Shown here: positions 48,499-57,687 of the stretch, one piece after another
How the letters are laid out: each line of letters starts with the position of its first letter
How positions within the stretch are numbered: the stretch's first letter is position 1
Source: Shigella phage ESh25
Strand: one strand, 5' to 3'
DNA: 64,000 nt
Sequence record: ON528735
Notes under the pieces: model-generated
Told to the model about the DNA's origin: nothing
Database searches by the model: none
Seen by the model: only the letters and a program-made list of their open reading frames with translations
Position numbers and translations under genes: made by a program

Positions 48499-50555
48499 TA
48501 CATTTTGAACTTTTTAGACATTCCGTTGATGTTAACCAAAGAAGCTAAGATTTGAGAAACTTCGCTTTCCTCTTCTTTTGATTCTTCTACAAGGAATTGA
48601 TTAAATCCAGCCATTGGACGAAATTCACCAGTTTCCATTAGATGGTCGCCATCATATACTGATTCTTCTAATTGTTCAGAAGGAGGAACGATTGTACCTT
48701 CGATTAGATACTTATTATAAGCAGTTTCTTTCATAAAGTAAGTACTTACTTTATTAATCTTCAGTAAAATTCCACGTGGTAGAATAACTTCAGCTTCTGA
48801 TGGAAATCCTGACAAATGACCTGGAACGATAACTTTAACTCGTTCAGCTCCTTTAATTACCATACCCACGCTAGTTTCTGCATCTTCATTAGCATATGTA
48901 GAATGACTACCCATATGCATCAAATCTTCTGCATCAACGGAACCTTCTCCTTCACCAGAAAATACTGCGCCGGAATCATCTAGAGCCATATAGTTTTTAC
49001 CATGCTCACCGAAGATATTTGGTTTAAGCGATGTGGATACGAAGTTCTTGAAATAGAACATTTTGTTTTCAATGTTATGACGCAAAGTTTTAAATGTAAC
49101 TTCTTGTCCACGGTAAAGTGTAGTTCCTGGAGGAAGAACTGAACCTTTAGCGAATGCAGAATCAAGCGTCTCGATGTGCTTAATAGCACGTTCCATATAT
49201 TCTTCACGGGTAGAATCCGGTTTACCTAAAAGGAACGAGTTCATTTCAACATATGAATCTGCGCAATAATCTTCAATTACATCAGACTCAGCCTGAGTCA
49301 ATCCTTTTGGAGTTACTTCAGTGCTTGCATATTCATACGCCTGAGCAGCGGATTCATCAATTAATTTATAAATTCCATTCATTACAAATTGAATAATAGC
49401 TGTCTTTTCATCTGGCGTAGCTTTAGAACCTTTAACTAAATCATTGATAATTTTCTTAATAACATCAAAACTATTAGAAATATTAATATCAGCAAGATCG
49501 CTTAAAATTTTATCAGTTTTATAATCAAAGAATTCTTTATTCTTTAAATATTCTTGAGAACCTTGATATGTTATATCGCTCTGCAACTTGATAGATGGAT
49601 CACGTAAACGTGCATGGGCTAATGCAATATGATTTCGGAAGCTTTCTAGTTCATAATCGTTAGATTTAAAACGAGAAGCACTTCTCATACCACCGATAGC
49701 TCCTTTGCTGAAGTTTGAACCAATCTGAATAACGCCAGAGTTCATTGGTCCTTCTGCTTTATATACCGGAACTTTAGATTCAAACTCTTGATATTTCTTA
49801 GCAGCGAAGCTATCACCCTGAAGTGAAGCATCAACAGTAGAATATTGAGCTTGTGCTGCTAATCGACGACTAATTTTAGTTTTCTGAATAACAGCTTGAT
49901 CCGTACGCTTATCATTTTCTAAAGCAATAGAAGCAGCAACTGCGACAGCTTTAGGAACAGCATTACCTGTTTTAACGTCTACATAAACATCACCGACTTT
50001 CGATTCAACTTTTGTGAATAACTCAGTTGAAATAGGAGGTACACCTGGAATGTCTTCTAAATTGGCATTTTTACGGTAAACCATAATATATGCATATTTC
50101 TTATCATAGTCCCAGATTTCCTTTAAAAGAACATATCGACCTGCTCCTTTAGTACGTACTAAACGGTCAGCAATAACTTGCATTTGACGAGCAGCGCCGT
50201 TTGTTTTACTTTTTAGTACGCGGAATAGGCATGCATCAATTTTATACTGTTTCATTGTTTGAAGAGCAGTATCAAAAACCGCATTAATGACACCAATTGG
50301 ATTTCCACCCAAGTTTTTAAGCTTAACTAACGATAATTTCTCGTTGACGCCTATCATTACGATATGCATCATTTTGTCGCCTGGCTTAACGTTTTTATTC
50401 GTATCACCGCCAGAGGTGTATGTACAAAATCGAAATCCAGGAAGAACGCTTTCTTCACCGGCTTGAATAGCAAAAATTTGAGGTATTTTATGCTTAGGAT
50501 TTAAGTTAACAACCGGCGCCGAAGCGCCGTCAAATAATTCTGTAATAAGTTCCAT
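48498..50555 (-). CDS. Alt-like ADP-ribosyltransferase paralogue
   Basis: 685 aa; N-terminal about 190 aa closely parallel the adjacent Alt (MELITELFD...KYAYI...STELFTKVESKVGDVY); C-terminal R-S-E triad (TLYRGQ, FVSTSL, SEAEVILPRG); divergent middle. Confidence 0.75.
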   Translation of the reverse strand: MELITELFDGASAPVVNLNPKHKIPQIFAIQAGEESVLPGFRFCTYTSGGDTNKNVKPGDKMMHIVMIGVNEKLSLVKLKNLGGNPIGVINAVFDTALQTMKQYKIDACLFRVLKSKTNGAARQMQVIADRLVRTKGAGRYVLLKEIWDYDKKYAYIMVYRKNANLEDIPGVPPISTELFTKVESKVGDVYVDVKTGNAVPKAVAVAASIALENDKRTDQAVIQKTKISRRLAAQAQYSTVDASLQGDSFAAKKYQEFESKVPVYKAEGPMNSGVIQIGSNFSKGAIGGMRSASRFKSNDYELESFRNHIALAHARLRDPSIKLQSDITYQGSQEYLKNKEFFDYKTDKILSDLADINISNSFDVIKKIINDLVKGSKATPDEKTAIIQFVMNGIYKLIDESAAQAYEYASTEVTPKGLTQAESDVIEDYCADSYVEMNSFLLGKPDSTREEYMERAIKHIETLDSAFAKGSVLPPGTTLYRGQEVTFKTLRHNIENKMFYFKNFVSTSLKPNIFGEHGKNYMALDDSGAVFSGEGEGSVDAEDLMHMGSHSTYANEDAETSVGMVIKGAERVKVIVPGHLSGFPSEAEVILPRGILLKINKVSTYFMKETAYNKYLIEGTIVPPSEQLEESVYDGDHLMETGEFRPMAGFNQFLVEESKEEESEVSQILASLVNINGMSKKFKM

Positions 50556-50558
50556 GAT

Positions 50559-52652
50559 TTATCCTTGAACGAACTTGTAAGGCATGTTTGTAATATCTAT
50601 GCAAGACGCAATAATTCCAAGAGATGATTCTACTTTCTGTTTAACGTTTGATGAAACAAATGATGCAAAGTCAACTCTGTCTTCTATTTCAATATCACCT
50701 GTCATTGCAACTACTTCACCGGTTTCCATTAAATGGTCTCCGTCATAGATTACCGATTCGGTGAGCTCTTCCGTGGTCATAACTTCAGCTTGAATGAGTT
50801 TTGTATTATTAGATGTTGTTCCGTCATTATTAGAAGCATCAGTTATTTTATTAACTTTGACCATCAATCCACGCGGTAGAATAACTTCAGCTTCTGTTGC
50901 TATTCCGAGACTTCCTGGATATACAACATTAACTTTATGAGCTCCATCAATTGCCCATCCTATTTGAACTTTAACGTATTCAGGATTTTCTTTATACGCT
51001 CTTATTTCGTTTGGATTAATAGTTATTCCTTCTTCATTTTTATCAACTGTTAATTCATTGCGAGCTTCTGGTTCTAAAAGACCAATACCAGCATGTGTGA
51101 TTCCAAAACGTCCAAAAATGATAGGAGTTAAAGAAGTAGATACAAAATTTCTGAAGTAGAACACTTTATTTTTAACTAACGCTTCATATATAGGAGCAGT
51201 CATACTTTGAGCACGATAAACTGTAATGCCTTCTGGTATACGGTCACCATTTTCAAAAGCTGAATCTAAGTTATTTATAGCAGATTCAATTTCTTTTTCA
51301 CTCATTACATCATATCGTTCTGGATTGTAGCGGCCTAAAAGAAGATTATTGATGTCAGTATATCCTGAACCGCAATATTCTCTAATGCCACGCTTTTGCG
51401 ATGGAGTATATTTAGAACCATCACGGGCAATAGTAATATCAATCATTGGACCTGCACCAATTCCGGAAAAGCTATAAATCATTCGTTTGAGGAATTTAGT
51501 TTTTGCTGCGTTCCAAGAATTTTTAGTTATTTCTTCCCAGACTTCATCTGGCTGCCCTTTACGAGTTTTATTATGTTTATCAAGCCAATTATCTTTATAT
51601 TCTTCAAAGAATTGATTAACAGCTGCTGCGTATTTCTCTAAACATTTTATTGAAGTAGTTGGTTCATTTTTAATCGCATTAAGAATTACATCTTTAATTT
51701 TTTCAGAAACTTCATTAACCTCACTTTTTGAAAAGAATTTATAGTCATAGTGAAGTTCATCTGCAGTTCCTTCGGCAATAATTTTTGCTGCCTTAGTTTT
51801 AGAAGCTAATGAATTAATTCCAAGCTTCATTTCTTCTGCTTCGGGAATTAAAGGAGCGGTAGCAGGTTTATTAAAATTAGCTGCTGTAGATTCATACTTC
51901 TGGAATAATTCACTTTCAAATCTAGAAGATTCCAATGATTGACTTTGCGCAATTGCTCTACGGGAAATTTTAACTTTAACGATTACAGCTTGGTCAGAAC
52001 GTTTATCATTTTCTTGTGCAATAGATGCTGCAATTGCCTCATTTTTAGTTACTTGAGCTCCAGTATCTTTATTGATATAAACATCACCAACCTTCGATTC
52101 AACTTTAGTAAAGAGCTCGGTACTAATTTCAGGAACTCCTGGAATGTCTTCTAATGATACGTTTTTGCGATGTATAAGAATATATGCATACTTTTTATCG
52201 TAATCCCAGAGTTCCTTAAGAAGGACGTATCTGCCACCTGAACGACTACGGATAAGTCTATCAGCAATAACTTGAATTTGTCGAGCTTGGCCAGCAGTTT
52301 TAGACTTAAGAATACGAAGCATACAAGCATCAATTTTATATTGACGCATTGTTTGCATTGCAACAGTAAAAACTGAATTGATATAATTAATTGGGCTTGG
52401 ACCAAGACCTTTTAATTTAGCAATTGAACCTTTAGCAGTTAATGTAAAAGGAACAATATGCATCATTTTATCGCCCATCTTTAAATCACGATTAGTATCA
52501 CCTCCAGATGTATAGGTACATAAACGAAAGCCTGGTTGTTCAATTGCATCATCAACATGAACTGAAAAAATTTGCGGTATTTTCTTCTTTGGATTTAAGT
52601 TTGTAATCGGAAGAGTAGTATCTTCGTCAAATAATTCTGTAATAAGTTCCAT
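50559..52652 (-). CDS. alt: Alt ADP-ribosyltransferase (capsid-packaged ART)
   Basis: Start taken at the second Met (MELITELFD...); R-S-E triad (TVYRAQ, FVSTSL, TEAEVILPRG); minus-strand TATAAATA upstream; position adjacent to the ligase region as in T4. Confidence 0.8.
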   Translation of the reverse strand: MELITELFDEDTTLPITNLNPKKKIPQIFSVHVDDAIEQPGFRLCTYTSGGDTNRDLKMGDKMMHIVPFTLTAKGSIAKLKGLGPSPINYINSVFTVAMQTMRQYKIDACMLRILKSKTAGQARQIQVIADRLIRSRSGGRYVLLKELWDYDKKYAYILIHRKNVSLEDIPGVPEISTELFTKVESKVGDVYINKDTGAQVTKNEAIAASIAQENDKRSDQAVIVKVKISRRAIAQSQSLESSRFESELFQKYESTAANFNKPATAPLIPEAEEMKLGINSLASKTKAAKIIAEGTADELHYDYKFFSKSEVNEVSEKIKDVILNAIKNEPTTSIKCLEKYAAAVNQFFEEYKDNWLDKHNKTRKGQPDEVWEEITKNSWNAAKTKFLKRMIYSFSGIGAGPMIDITIARDGSKYTPSQKRGIREYCGSGYTDINNLLLGRYNPERYDVMSEKEIESAINNLDSAFENGDRIPEGITVYRAQSMTAPIYEALVKNKVFYFRNFVSTSLTPIIFGRFGITHAGIGLLEPEARNELTVDKNEEGITINPNEIRAYKENPEYVKVQIGWAIDGAHKVNVVYPGSLGIATEAEVILPRGLMVKVNKITDASNNDGTTSNNTKLIQAEVMTTEELTESVIYDGDHLMETGEVVAMTGDIEIEDRVDFASFVSSNVKQKVESSLGIIASCIDITNMPYKFVQG

Positions 52653-52675
52653 CATAGCCTCTCTAGTGTTTATTC

Positions 52676-52683
52676 TATTTATA
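52676..52683 (-). promoter_or_regulatory. late promoter TATAAATA (minus strand) for alt and its paralogue
   Basis: Plus strand reads tatttata about 24 nt upstream of the alt ATG; preceded on the minus strand by a hairpin and T-rich stretch. Confidence 0.6.
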
Positions 52684-52690
52684 AAATTAA

Positions 52691-52704
52691 AGGCCCGAAG
52701 GCCT
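52691..52704 (-). terminator. hairpin AGGCC-cgaa-GGCCT between the ligase-side early unit and alt
   Basis: Hairpin immediately after the 62-aa ORF stop, followed on the minus strand by a T-rich run. Confidence 0.5.
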
Positions 52705-52893
52705 TTAGTAATCTAGTGGTAAGAGAGTACGATATATTTCAAACTTTGGTCCTTTTTCATAGGCATCAAATGTTTCTGTAAATTTATTATAAGCGTATGC
52801 ATCTACAAATTCGAGAATGACTTGTGATACAGAAGTAGAAACATCTCCACCTTCTTTTTGAGCAATGACAATTGTTTCTAAGTAAGCTTTCAT
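52705..52893 (-). CDS. hypothetical small protein between ligase and alt
   Basis: 62-aa ORF whose start overlaps the gene 30 stop; assignment to a named T4 ORF uncertain. Confidence 0.45.
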   Translation of the reverse strand: MKAYLETIVIAQKEGGDVSTSVSQVILEFVDAYAYNKFTETFDAYEKGPKFEIYRTLLPLDY

Positions 52894-54353
52894 AAACCAG
52901 TTACCTCATGAAAATCACCAAATACATCCTCGAATGTATTAGCTTTAGTTTTATCTTCACGTAAACGAATCGCAATCGGAAGAAATAATTTAACGTAATC
53001 AGTGCGGCCATCAGATTTTAACCAACCGTTGCATTCGCACTCTAGAATTTTTCCAATATAATAATTTTGGTTTTCCATAATGCGAGTACGGTCAAGTTCA
53101 TGTGATTTTACGCCGGCTTTGTCTTTTAAGCCTGAACCAGCATTTACCTTAATTTTTCCACACTCTGACTCAAGAATAAATCCACCCGCTTTAGTAGGGT
53201 CTTTACGGTGAGGATAAATTCCTACAATTTTTAAATCAACATCAATTACTTCTTTAAATTTATAAAGATTTTTTGAACGAGCATTTTCCCATAATCCATC
53301 GATATTTTTGAGAATAATACCTTCAAGACCTTGGTCAATATACTTTTTATAAATTACCTTAGCTTCATCTAGGTTATTTACTACCTGGTTTTCAATTAAA
53401 ATTACTTTATCATAACCTGATGTCATTTGTTCTAGTTTAGAAAAACGTACATCATATTTCAAACGAAATGCAGGAAGACCGTATATTTCTACCAACGGGA
53501 CATAATCCCAAACCTGAAACTTCATGCATTGAGCTTCTTTTTCAGAAATGGTTCCTTTTAAGGATTTATTGGCGATTCCATTAGAAGTAGTACGAGATTC
53601 CGCTACTTCGGCGAATTCTTTAGCTTTACTAATTTCAGGATAAGCATTAAAAAGAAAATCTAGGCCTTCTGGTTCCTTTTTAACTTGCTCATGGTATACC
53701 AATTCGCCATCAATTAACACACCTTCTGGATGAATCTGGCGGGCTTCAGCAGTCATTTTGATTAACTCTTCCTTAAGAAGATCTAATCCTAGATATTCAT
53801 TACCAGCTCGTGATAAAAGACGAACATCATCTAATTCATCGCCTCGGACTTCAGCAAAACACCGGGCTCCATCTGCTTTTAACTGCGCAAAGGCTGGAAA
53901 CTTGATATTCTTACTAATGCCCTTTTCATCATAAGAACTTGCCAGCATTTGAGGTTGTTCAGGAATTAAACCTGGCCAAACTTTGTTTGCAATAGATACT
54001 GAAGCACCGCATTCAAGGTCTCGCATCATCACTCGACGCAAAACTTCAACATCATCCTTTTTACCATCAGTGATATATCCAGTTAATTCCTCAATTGCAG
54101 CATTTCCAGTCAATTTCCGAGTAGCTAACGTGAATTCAATGAAATCAAGCATATCGGTAATGGTCAGCATTCCAAAACTCTGGGTAGCAATACCAGGTTT
54201 AGGCCATTTCTTGATATAATACTGTAACCCACGAGAATAAGTCAGACGATATACTCGTTTAAGCAATTCATTATCTTTATTCTTTTCAAGAATTGCTTGC
54301 TTCTGCTTAGTTGATCCAATAGATGCTATTTCATTCAGAATTTTAAGAATCAT
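52890..54353 (-). CDS. 30: ATP-dependent DNA ligase gp30
   Basis: 487 aa; adenylation motif KADGARC; begins MILKILNEIASIGSTKQKQAILEKNKDNELLKRVYRLTY. Confidence 0.95.
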   Translation of the reverse strand: MILKILNEIASIGSTKQKQAILEKNKDNELLKRVYRLTYSRGLQYYIKKWPKPGIATQSFGMLTITDMLDFIEFTLATRKLTGNAAIEELTGYITDGKKDDVEVLRRVMMRDLECGASVSIANKVWPGLIPEQPQMLASSYDEKGISKNIKFPAFAQLKADGARCFAEVRGDELDDVRLLSRAGNEYLGLDLLKEELIKMTAEARQIHPEGVLIDGELVYHEQVKKEPEGLDFLFNAYPEISKAKEFAEVAESRTTSNGIANKSLKGTISEKEAQCMKFQVWDYVPLVEIYGLPAFRLKYDVRFSKLEQMTSGYDKVILIENQVVNNLDEAKVIYKKYIDQGLEGIILKNIDGLWENARSKNLYKFKEVIDVDLKIVGIYPHRKDPTKAGGFILESECGKIKVNAGSGLKDKAGVKSHELDRTRIMENQNYYIGKILECECNGWLKSDGRTDYVKLFLPIAIRLREDKTKANTFEDVFGDFHEVTGL

Positions 54354-54619
54354 TGTTCATCCTTCAGAGTTTGATTTACAGCTCTATTATAAATCAATTC
54401 ATCATTAAGCTCAGTTAAAGACCTATGATATGTAGTTCTAACTTTATTTCCTTGCATCCAGTGCTTGATATAAATGAAACCTTGCTCTACACATTTTTTA
54501 AAAATTCGTTCGTCTTTTTGAGCTCGGAATTCTGGATTGCATCTAAAGAATTGATTTACGTGACCGTAATCACGCGTAGTATTACCTTCATTTTCATAAA
54601 TAGTGTGAACGACAAACAT
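54350..54619 (-). CDS. hypothetical protein (T4 30.1 position)
   Basis: 89-aa ORF overlapping the gene 30 start. Confidence 0.55.
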   Translation of the reverse strand: MFVVHTIYENEGNTTRDYGHVNQFFRCNPEFRAQKDERIFKKCVEQGFIYIKHWMQGNKVRTTYHRSLTELNDELIYNRAVNQTLKDEQ

Positions 54620-55458
54620 TAGAATGCTCCTTGGAAAATATTATCACCACAAGTAGGTCTATTATACAAATACTCTATGCCACCAGGTTTAATATAGTTC
54701 CATGTCTGAAACGGATGTGTCTGATATGGATGATATAGATGATTATAAGGATTAAACCCAGGAGTTCTCCAGGTAGTGTTCCAAGGAAAAGAATCATTTT
54801 TAATCATCTTTTCAATTACATCTTTTATAGCTTTTTCACTATCAAAACTTTCTTTATTTTCCTTCGGTGAAAAAAGTTTATTTTCTACATCATTCCATGT
54901 ATAAACTCGCTGCGCAGTTTTTGGAATATTGTCACGCTCTCCTCGAGCCATCCAATAAACAGGAACATTTAATATTTCACTCGCATGATCGCAATGATGC
55001 GCGAGATCGTCAATATAACAAATTACGTTATATTTCTCTTTTGCCTTTTTGAACAACTCTTCTTTTGAAGAATCATGACCACACATCAATACTTCTGAGA
55101 AGGCACCAGGAAAAAGAGCATTCAAATTAAATTGACGATTTAGCAGAGCGTCAATAGAATCACCCAATGCTGTAACAGCTACAAAATTATAATCTTCTTT
55201 TAATTTGTTAATTACACACAGGGCATCTTTATACGGAGACAAATAGCGAATAAAATCTGAACGATTATACTTTTCGATTAATTTAACACCAAGTTCTTCA
55301 TCGCAATTAAAGAGCTTACCAGGAGAAATAAATTTTTCGTCCTGAATCATTTTTAAAATATGTTCCAACGGAAGATTATATTTTTGGGCAAAATAAGGAA
55401 GACCTGATTGCCAGCTTAAACATACACCATCAATATCAGTCAAAATAGTAGGCTTCAT
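54619..55458 (-). CDS. HAD-superfamily hydrolase-like protein with aromatic-rich C-terminal extension (T4 30.2 position)
   Basis: N-terminal motif ILTDIDGV (DxDG[T/V]); downstream VAVTA and YIDD consistent with HAD motifs II and IV; C-terminal W/Y/H/P-rich tail. Confidence 0.55.
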   Translation of the reverse strand: MKPTILTDIDGVCLSWQSGLPYFAQKYNLPLEHILKMIQDEKFISPGKLFNCDEELGVKLIEKYNRSDFIRYLSPYKDALCVINKLKEDYNFVAVTALGDSIDALLNRQFNLNALFPGAFSEVLMCGHDSSKEELFKKAKEKYNVICYIDDLAHHCDHASEILNVPVYWMARGERDNIPKTAQRVYTWNDVENKLFSPKENKESFDSEKAIKDVIEKMIKNDSFPWNTTWRTPGFNPYNHLYHPYQTHPFQTWNYIKPGGIEYLYNRPTCGDNIFQGAF

Positions 55459-55919
55459 AGAGAGTCTCTTAATAGGTTTAACACATCAATAAATTCAGCT
55501 TCGGTTAGTATTGTATCATCTTTTGTTAGACTACTAGCCATGCTGTGCTTCAAAACTTTTCCTTTCGAGGCTTGTAATGCATCACGAAAGCCCTTGTTTT
55601 GAATCGCTGCCTCAAAATACGCATTTGTGTATAATTCTTTCCACGCTGTAGAGTATCTTGAAAACGGAACTCCGAGCCAGAAGAGGGTCCCACGGTCCTG
55701 AGCTCTAGCATAAGACCTTCCAGCTTGTTGGGCGGCAAGCCCGGATAACCCAAATACACGACGCTGCTGTTCAACATTTTTCACCTTACATCCTTGGAGG
55801 AATCCTTCGAGACCTCCAAATTGGATACCATCCATAACAAAAGGCCATTGGGCGAAATTACTTAATGCGCATGATGGCCATTTAAAATTGCTTCTAATCT
55901 CTAACTCAGACATTTTCAA
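55455..55919 (-). CDS. NADAR (YbiA/DUF1768)-like ADP-ribose-processing protein (T4 30.3 position)
   Basis: 154 aa; signature ALSNFAQWPFVMDGIQF resembles the YbiA FSNFAAWP...DG...W/F core. Confidence 0.55.
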   Translation of the reverse strand: MKMSELEIRSNFKWPSCALSNFAQWPFVMDGIQFGGLEGFLQGCKVKNVEQQRRVFGLSGLAAQQAGRSYARAQDRGTLFWLGVPFSRYSTAWKELYTNAYFEAAIQNKGFRDALQASKGKVLKHSMASSLTKDDTILTEAEFIDVLNLLRDSL

Positions 55920-56112
55920 TACTTATAATTTCAACATCAGCCCAATGACCATAGCAAGGAAGACGAAATTCAACTGGCCAGTTAGGGTCCTTTTCTAATA
56001 TAATAGACTGAACTTGTGGCTCTTCATATTCATCGGTATACGGACCTTTATACGTTACTTTATATGTGACCTTAATATACTGAATTCCAAAAATCTTATT
56101 AATTATATTCAT
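55906..56112 (-). CDS. hypothetical protein (T4 30.4 position)
   Basis: 68-aa ORF, overlapping neighbours. Confidence 0.5.
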   Translation of the reverse strand: MNIINKIFGIQYIKVTYKVTYKGPYTDEYEEPQVQSIILEKDPNWPVEFRLPCYGHWADVEIISIENV

Positions 56113-56306
56113 ACTAATTCCTTTAATCCGTAAATAGGAGATAATTCATCGCCCATACGAAGGTCTTCATTTCCATCTACCCAGGAAACAATATAAGCCT
56201 CTTTTATTTGAATACCACTCCATTTAAATGGAGGTAGAACCTTAGAAATTAATCCAGGTATACCAACTCCCTTTAATTCAACAGTTTGACCTAAAAAGAA
56301 TTTCAT
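56109..56306 (-). CDS. hypothetical protein (T4 30.5 position)
   Basis: 65-aa ORF, ATGA-type overlaps. Confidence 0.5.
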   Translation of the reverse strand: MKFFLGQTVELKGVGIPGLISKVLPPFKWSGIQIKEAYIVSWVDGNEDLRMGDELSPIYGLKELV

Positions 56307-56593
56307 TAGAACCTCATCTGAAAACCGTGCGATTTAACATTACCGCCACCAATATCAGAGATATTAATTTCGCGCGCAATTGAAGGGTCAATGTCAATTT
56401 CACGATTGAGTTTAGTGATAGCTAAAGTATCGCGCCCATTTACAGTACGGAACTCTAAAGGGCAGACTACATTAACGTAGTTTTTAATCGATTCACTGGT
56501 AGGTTGCAAATGAGCAGGAAGGTCTTTAGGCGCCTTTGAGAAAACAACTTCACAGAAATTTTTGCGGGTATCAAAATAAGTAGTCATAAACAT
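56306..56593 (-). CDS. hypothetical protein (T4 30.6 position)
   Basis: Track ORF start at 56644 reads through a hairpin (GLRPL); start moved to MFMTTYFD, preceded by GAGGAA SD. Confidence 0.55.
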   Translation of the reverse strand: MFMTTYFDTRKNFCEVVFSKAPKDLPAHLQPTSESIKNYVNVVCPLEFRTVNGRDTLAITKLNREIDIDPSIAREINISDIGGGNVKSHGFQMRF

Positions 56594-56610
56594 AATATTT
56601 TCCTCAGTAA

Positions 56611-56624
56611 GGGGCCGAAGCCCC
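56611..56624 (-). terminator. hairpin GGGGC-cgaa-GCCCC between 30.7 and 30.6
   Basis: GC stem-loop in a short intergenic spacer; may be an RNA processing or attenuation site rather than a full terminator. Confidence 0.4.
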
Positions 56625-56633
56625 TGTTTTATT

Positions 56634-56999
56634 TTAAATATCAAATTCGTTAAGAACTACATCAAAGATTGCTTCAAGATGCTCAGGTTTAGCTCTGTTA
56701 CTCAGAATATGACGAATCCAAGTTTTAACCAAAAGCTTGCGATTATCACCATTCCAGCAAGGATGAGTCCCTAAATCGCGTTGACGAAAATCATCATCCA
56801 GAGCGATTTTGAAGTTTGAACCTTCCATTGTGATTGAAACCGTGATGCCATTTTCAAATCGCATATAAACGTAGTTAGGAGTCATATACTGTTCAATTTC
56901 GCATACTGATCCATTTTGATGTTTCCAAAGGCAGATAGTATCAATAGAACCTGCAATACCATTAGAAACATATTTACGTTCAAAGTTGATGTAGTTCAT
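56634..56999 (-). CDS. hypothetical protein (T4 30.7 position)
   Basis: 121-aa ORF; upstream GTTTAC...TATTAT early-promoter-like motif around 57010-57050. Confidence 0.55.
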   Translation of the reverse strand: MNYINFERKYVSNGIAGSIDTICLWKHQNGSVCEIEQYMTPNYVYMRFENGITVSITMEGSNFKIALDDDFRQRDLGTHPCWNGDNRKLLVKTWIRHILSNRAKPEHLEAIFDVVLNEFDI

Positions 57000-57067
57000 T
57001 TTTATTCTCCGAGATGTTTAATTGCGGTACAGGTATATAATATCATATCCTGTACCAAAGTAAACAA

Positions 57068-57400
57068 TTATTTTACTACTTTCCAGTGCTTCATGTCAAG
57101 TTTACCAACTTTTTTCATCTTCTCAATTAAGCGTTCGGCACGTTGGCGAGCTGTAACATAATACCATTCGCCTAATTCATTTTGTTCAATTTTTCCAACG
57201 ATTACTGTATTCAATTCATAAATCCAACCAGTAAAGAAATTATGAACTTGAATTGTAAAGGTGAAATCTGTTCCCATACCTTCTGTTGTTTCTACTTCAA
57301 TAATATCACCTTCAACTGCCATTAAGAACCACATAGTTTCATCATATTTACCATTGAAGCATTTAGTTTTAACTGTAGCGTTCAGATTAATCGTTTTCAT
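57068..57400 (-). CDS. hypothetical protein (T4 30.8 position)
   Basis: 110-aa ORF; GGAG SD; upstream GTTTAC early-promoter-like motif around 57428-57457. Confidence 0.55.
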   Translation of the reverse strand: MKTINLNATVKTKCFNGKYDETMWFLMAVEGDIIEVETTEGMGTDFTFTIQVHNFFTGWIYELNTVIVGKIEQNELGEWYYVTARQRAERLIEKMKKVGKLDMKHWKVVK

Positions 57401-57487
57401 TTTATTCTCCTTTGTTTGTGTAAGATAATACTATCACAAAGGAACCATACTGTAAACAACTTTATGCAATCTTTGGAAAATAAAAAA

Positions 57488-57505
57488 GGACTCCCGAAGG
57501 AGTCC
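57488..57505 (-). terminator. hairpin GGACTCC-ttcg-GGAGTCC downstream of 30.9
   Basis: 7-bp stem; minus strand continues TTTTTTATTTT. Confidence 0.6.
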
Positions 57506-57510
57506 TCAAC

Positions 57511-57687
57511 TTATGCTTTCTGCTTACCAAAACGAGAAGCATCATCTCGAAGAACCGCACGTGCTCGGCGCATGATCTTCTCAACAGTTTGATTGATACG
57601 AGAGTTCGACCCACGCTTGTAGCCAGCGCGTTTAGAATCACCAACTTTCTTTTCAACTGCTTTCTTTGCTTTAGCTTGTTTTGCCAT
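57511..57687 (-). CDS. small Lys/Arg-rich protein (T4 30.9 position)
   Basis: Start moved to MAKQAKAKKAVEKK... (58 aa); highly basic. Confidence 0.5.
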   Translation of the reverse strand: MAKQAKAKKAVEKKVGDSKRAGYKRGSNSRINQTVEKIMRRARAVLRDDASRFGKQKA

